In this document: piece by piece, positions 60,776-64,000 of the stretch
Position numbering within the stretch: the first letter of the stretch is position 1
Layout of the letters: each line of letters opens with the position of its first letter
From: an uncultured Candidatus Saccharibacteria bacterium
GTDB taxonomy: Bacteria; Patescibacteriota; Minisyncoccia; Portnoybacterales; UBA2143
Length of the DNA: 64,000 nucleotides
NCBI GenBank assembly: GCA_964596615.1
Contig: CAZQUN010000003.1
Location: forward strand, 2,550 to 66,549
Direction: 5' to 3'
Program-made: the position numbers and the translations under genes
The notes under the pieces: generated by a model
Seen by the model: the letters and a program-made list of their open reading frames with translations, nothing else
What the model was told of the DNA's origin: nothing
The model's database searches: none

Positions 60776-61040
60776 TTCCAAGCATCTTAAGGGTTTCGCC
60801 ATATTCTTTGATTACCTTAGCAACACCCTTTTTAATTTCATTCTTATCTTTGTCGCTTAGCTCTTTGGAAATAATATTATCTATATCCTTTTTATAGATA
60901 ATATAGTTTCTTCCCATCTTTTCGGCTTTTATCTGACCCTTTTTAATCTTATTAAAAACGGCGACGCGACTGATGCCTAAAATATCAGCTAGTTCTTTGA
61001 CTGTGTAATAGTTTTTGTTTTTCATATTTTTGTTAATCAT
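60768..61040 (-). CDS. Excisionase-like HTH protein, putative antitoxin/autorepressor
   Basis: YYTVKELADILGISRVAV..IKKGQIKA; C-terminal VIKEYGETLKML; overlaps the toxin start. Confidence 0.82.
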   Translation of the reverse strand: MINKNMKNKNYYTVKELADILGISRVAVFNKIKKGQIKAEKMGRNYIIYKKDIDNIISKELSDKDKNEIKKGVAKVIKEYGETLKMLGNE

Positions 61041-61047
61041 ATATCTA

Positions 61048-61085
61048 AAAGTTAACATATGTTAACTTTGCTGTCAATAGTTAAC
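61048..61085 (-). promoter_or_regulatory. TA promoter with a perfect 22-bp palindromic operator
   Basis: AAAGTTAACATATGTTAACTTT (61048-61069) overlaps the -10; -35 TTGACA at 61072-61077; third GTTAAC at 61080-61085. Confidence 0.75.
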
Positions 61086-61124
61086 AAAAACACCATTAAT
61101 TAAAATGGTATTTTGTGAATCCTG

Positions 61125-61196
61125 GGTGCCCGGAGGGAGTTGAACCCTCGTCGCTAGTTCCACAAACTAGAGCTCTACCGTTGAGCTACGAGCACC
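61125..61196 (-). tRNA. tRNA-His(GTG)
   Basis: G-1, GTGCTCG/CGGGCAC acceptor, CTAGT-TTGTGGA-ACTAG arm, C73. Confidence 0.95.
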
Positions 61197-61199
61197 ATC

Positions 61200-61275
61200 T
61201 GGCACGCCTGGAGGGAGTCGAACCCCCGACCTAAGGTTTAGAAAACCTCCGCTCTATCCGCTGAGCTACAGGCGC
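61200..61275 (-). tRNA. tRNA-Arg(TCT), CCA encoded
   Basis: GCGCCTG/CAGGCGT acceptor, GAGGT-TTTCTAA-ACCTT arm, GGTTCGACTCC. Confidence 0.95.
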
Positions 61276-61276
61276 A

Positions 61277-61645
61277 TTAACGTCTATTATACCTAAAAAT
61301 ACTGAAAAGTAAAGCAAAAAACACGCCGGCGCTATCAATTAGAACATCCCTGATTGTTCCCTCTCTTCCGAAAATGAAAGTCTGGTGATATTCGTCGGAA
61401 ACAGCATAGAGAATTGCTAAAAAGACAGACCAGAGAATAATCTTTTTTTTGCTCAATTGGTAATTTGATAAAGCCCGGATCAAAAGAAAAGTCAAAATGG
61501 CGTATTCAGAAATATGGGCCAGTTTTCTTAGAATAAAATCCCACTGATTAGGTAAATCAGATTTTAAATCCGGCTGGTGGGAAAAGAAAAAAATTATTCC
61601 TATCCATAAAACGACCAGAAACCAGTTTTTTAATTTTTGATTCAT
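61277..61645 (-). CDS. VanZ family membrane protein
   Basis: IFFFSHQP, RKLAHISEY, DEYHQTFI.GR, DVLIDS.G. Confidence 0.9.
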   Translation of the reverse strand: MNQKLKNWFLVVLWIGIIFFFSHQPDLKSDLPNQWDFILRKLAHISEYAILTFLLIRALSNYQLSKKKIILWSVFLAILYAVSDEYHQTFIFGREGTIRDVLIDSAGVFFALLFSIFRYNRR

Positions 61646-61693
61646 AGATGAGACTGCCCTGTCTGTTAAAATCTGTAGACAGGGCAATTTTGA

Positions 61694-61957
61694 TTATCCT
61701 CCGTTTTTTATTAAGACAACGATATTAAAGATGTCTGTCATCTGAGAGCGAATCGCACAAATTTTGCTTTGGAGAGGCTGTACCGCTTCATCTAATGTTT
61801 TTTTCTCTTCCGGCGATAAATCTTGAAACCCATTGTTCAAAGAATCCTTAATTGATTCAAAACAAGATAGTGCGATACCTACTTCGGAGCCAATTTTTTC
61901 CAGAGAGCTTTTCACCGGAGCAAGATCCAGCATGCCACAAGAATTTTCCATCTTCAT
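61694..61957 (-). CDS. Hypothetical helical protein
   Basis: 87 aa, AAAGGAGG RBS, hairpin tgccctgtct/agacagggca at ~61655-61686. Confidence 0.6.
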   Translation of the reverse strand: MKMENSCGMLDLAPVKSSLEKIGSEVGIALSCFESIKDSLNNGFQDLSPEEKKTLDEAVQPLQSKICAIRSQMTDIFNIVVLIKNGG

Positions 61958-61973
61958 TCCTCCTTTATATCTG

Positions 61974-63689
61974 TTATTTTTGGGAATATTCTAAAAAACT
62001 ATTCAAAGAACATGTATTCAAAACATCTTTTTTAGTTGCCCAGCCTCTTCTGGCCTGGGCAATACCTAATTCCATCATTGGAAATTGATTAAGGCTATGA
62101 GCATCAGTCCCAATGGTCAATTTAACTCCGGCTTTAATCGCTTGGCGGATATCAATATCTTTTAAATCCAATCGGGTAAAATGGGCGTTAATTTCCAAGG
62201 CAGTTTTGTTCTTTTTAGCTGCCTGAAAAACTTTATCAAAATCAAATGAGTATCCTTCTCTTTTGTAAATCACCCGGCCGGTTGGGTGGGCAATAATATC
62301 AATATGGGGATTTTCTATTACCCTGATTAATCTCTTGGTCATATCTTCCTTGTTCATCTTGAATCCGGAATGGATACTGGCAATAACGATATCTAATTTA
62401 GATAAAACTTCGTCTTTGATTGCCAGTGTGCCGTCATTTTTAATATCAACTTCGGCTCCTTTGAGTATTTTAACCCCGGGAACTTCTTTGTCAACCCTGT
62501 CGATTTCTCTCATTTGGTTTAATAATCTTTTTTCATCCAAGCCATTAGCAATTCTTAAAAACCCAGCATGATCAGTGATAACAATATATTGGTAATTCAT
62601 TTTCTTAGCCGCTTTAGCCATCTCCTTGATGCTTTGAACCCCATCAGACCAGTTAGTATGACATTGGGTCTCTCCCTTAATATCATTGTAATCAATTACC
62701 TGAGGTAATTTACCTTTCAAAGCTGCCTCAATTTCACCAGTATTGGTTCTTAATTCCGGTTCAATGTAGGGCAGGCCGATTGAATTGTAAACTTCCTTTT
62801 CATTTTTCCCGGCGATTCTTTTTTTATTCTGATAAACTCCATATTCGTTTAATTTTAATTTCTTTTTTATCGCTAATCGCCTGGTTAAAATATTATGATC
62901 TTTGCTGCCGGTGAAATATTGGAGAGCAGCACCAAAACTTTCTTTTTTAATTACTCGTATATCACAATCAAATCCGTTTTTTAATCTGACTGATGATTTA
63001 GTCGGTCCTTTAGCCCAAATCTTAACTACTCCCGGCATTTTAACAAAGAAATCCATGACTTTGGCTGACTTGGAAGATGTGACTAAAATATCAGCGTCGC
63101 CAATAGTTTCTTTCATTCTTCTGATTGAGCCAGCAAAACTGACTTTGCCGGTTTCAGGCAATTCCTCAAGACGAGCAACAATCTCTCTGACAACCGGTAA
63201 AATTGAGCCCAAAAGAAATCTTCCTTTGCTTGATTTAACAAATTCAATTGCCTGTAAAATATTTTCCTCGCTTTTTGGACCAAAACCTTCTAATTCCCCG
63301 ATTTTTCCTCTTTTAGCTGCCTTTTCCAGATCTTTAATACTTTTAATGCCCAGTTTTTCGTAAAGAATCTTAATTTTCCTTGGTCCGATTCCTTCAACTT
63401 TGGTTAATTCTTCAACATCAACTGGAGATTCTTTTTTTAATTTATGATATTCTTTTACTTTTCCTGTTTTCAAAAACTCTTCAATCCTTTGAGCAATATT
63501 TTTACCAACTCCTGGAATTTCTTCCAGGGCTTTTAAGCCGCCTTCCTGATAAATCTCTTCAATATCTTTTTCCATCGATTCTAAAACCCGGGCAACTTTT
63601 GAGTAAGCCCGGGCCCGAAAACCATGTTCCTCTAATTCAAGAAATTCAGTCATCCGATAAAAGATTTGAGATAATTCCAGATTTTTCAT
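61974..63689 (-). CDS. polX: DNA polymerase X with PHP exonuclease domain
   Basis: HhH motifs, GSIRR..GDADIL, YFTGSKDHN, PELR, ITDH, GTDAH. Confidence 0.96.
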   Translation of the reverse strand: MKNLELSQIFYRMTEFLELEEHGFRARAYSKVARVLESMEKDIEEIYQEGGLKALEEIPGVGKNIAQRIEEFLKTGKVKEYHKLKKESPVDVEELTKVEGIGPRKIKILYEKLGIKSIKDLEKAAKRGKIGELEGFGPKSEENILQAIEFVKSSKGRFLLGSILPVVREIVARLEELPETGKVSFAGSIRRMKETIGDADILVTSSKSAKVMDFFVKMPGVVKIWAKGPTKSSVRLKNGFDCDIRVIKKESFGAALQYFTGSKDHNILTRRLAIKKKLKLNEYGVYQNKKRIAGKNEKEVYNSIGLPYIEPELRTNTGEIEAALKGKLPQVIDYNDIKGETQCHTNWSDGVQSIKEMAKAAKKMNYQYIVITDHAGFLRIANGLDEKRLLNQMREIDRVDKEVPGVKILKGAEVDIKNDGTLAIKDEVLSKLDIVIASIHSGFKMNKEDMTKRLIRVIENPHIDIIAHPTGRVIYKREGYSFDFDKVFQAAKKNKTALEINAHFTRLDLKDIDIRQAIKAGVKLTIGTDAHSLNQFPMMELGIAQARRGWATKKDVLNTCSLNSFLEYSQK

Positions 63690-63696
63690 ACCTTAA

Positions 63697-63915
63697 TCAT
63701 AAACTTTTACCCCAGGGATGACAAGTAGAAATTCTTTTTATTCCCAACCAAAGACCTTTCAGAGCTCCATATTTTTTAACTGAGTTATAGGTATATTGAG
63801 AACAAGTTGGATAATGCCGGCATTGGCCCATAATCCGCAGAATGGGAAAAGCACCATGATCGGGTGAAATGGTCTTTTGGTAAATCTTTATTAAAAGTAA
63901 AACTATTGGTTTCAT
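63697..63915 (-). CDS. yidD: Membrane protein insertion efficiency factor YidD
   Basis: YQKTISP, CRHYPTCSQY, RISTCHPW. Confidence 0.93.
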   Translation of the reverse strand: MKPIVLLLIKIYQKTISPDHGAFPILRIMGQCRHYPTCSQYTYNSVKKYGALKGLWLGIKRISTCHPWGKSL

Positions 63916-64000
63916 ATTTGTATTGTAGCATAAATAGAAGAGCCGTTGTCTTTCCGAACAACAGCCCTGGTCTTGAACTTAAGTATATAGCAACAAAAGA

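Overview
This window is a low-GC bacterial chromosome segment, standard genetic code, with most genes on the - strand. It is very probably Patescibacteria (CPR, Parcubacteria-like): rpmD/L30 is absent between rpsE and rplO, and rplA/L1 does not follow rplK. Housekeeping content includes a glycosylation locus (DUF4012, 3x GT4, priming transferase), rnpB, rnhA-recJ-pgk-tpiA-dedA-galT, miaB/miaA, gatCAB, secE-nusG-rplK, gyrB, pheST, ligA, dnaE, thrS, the str/S10/spc ribosomal cluster, polX and five tRNAs. Accessory features sit between these genes. (1) A convergent four-gene pyrimidine module (ThyA with altered phosphate/3'-OH contacts, HIT hydrolase, HIGH-domain-fused dCMP-type deaminase, cytidylyltransferase), which I propose as a candidate 'tagged-nucleotide' thymidylate pathway. 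(2) A tandem array of three mini transcription units between miaB and miaA, each with a DnaA-box-linked sigma70 promoter. (3) An aromatic-rich leader-peptide attenuator controlling an unannotated Zn-ribbon protein. (4) An HTH-LAGLIDADG gene inside a tRNA operon. (5) A divergent second MiaA-like protein. (6) A Doc-type toxin-antitoxin pair with a palindromic operator. (7) Several small ORFs missing from the supplied ORF track. All calls come from manual motif recognition; no searches were run.
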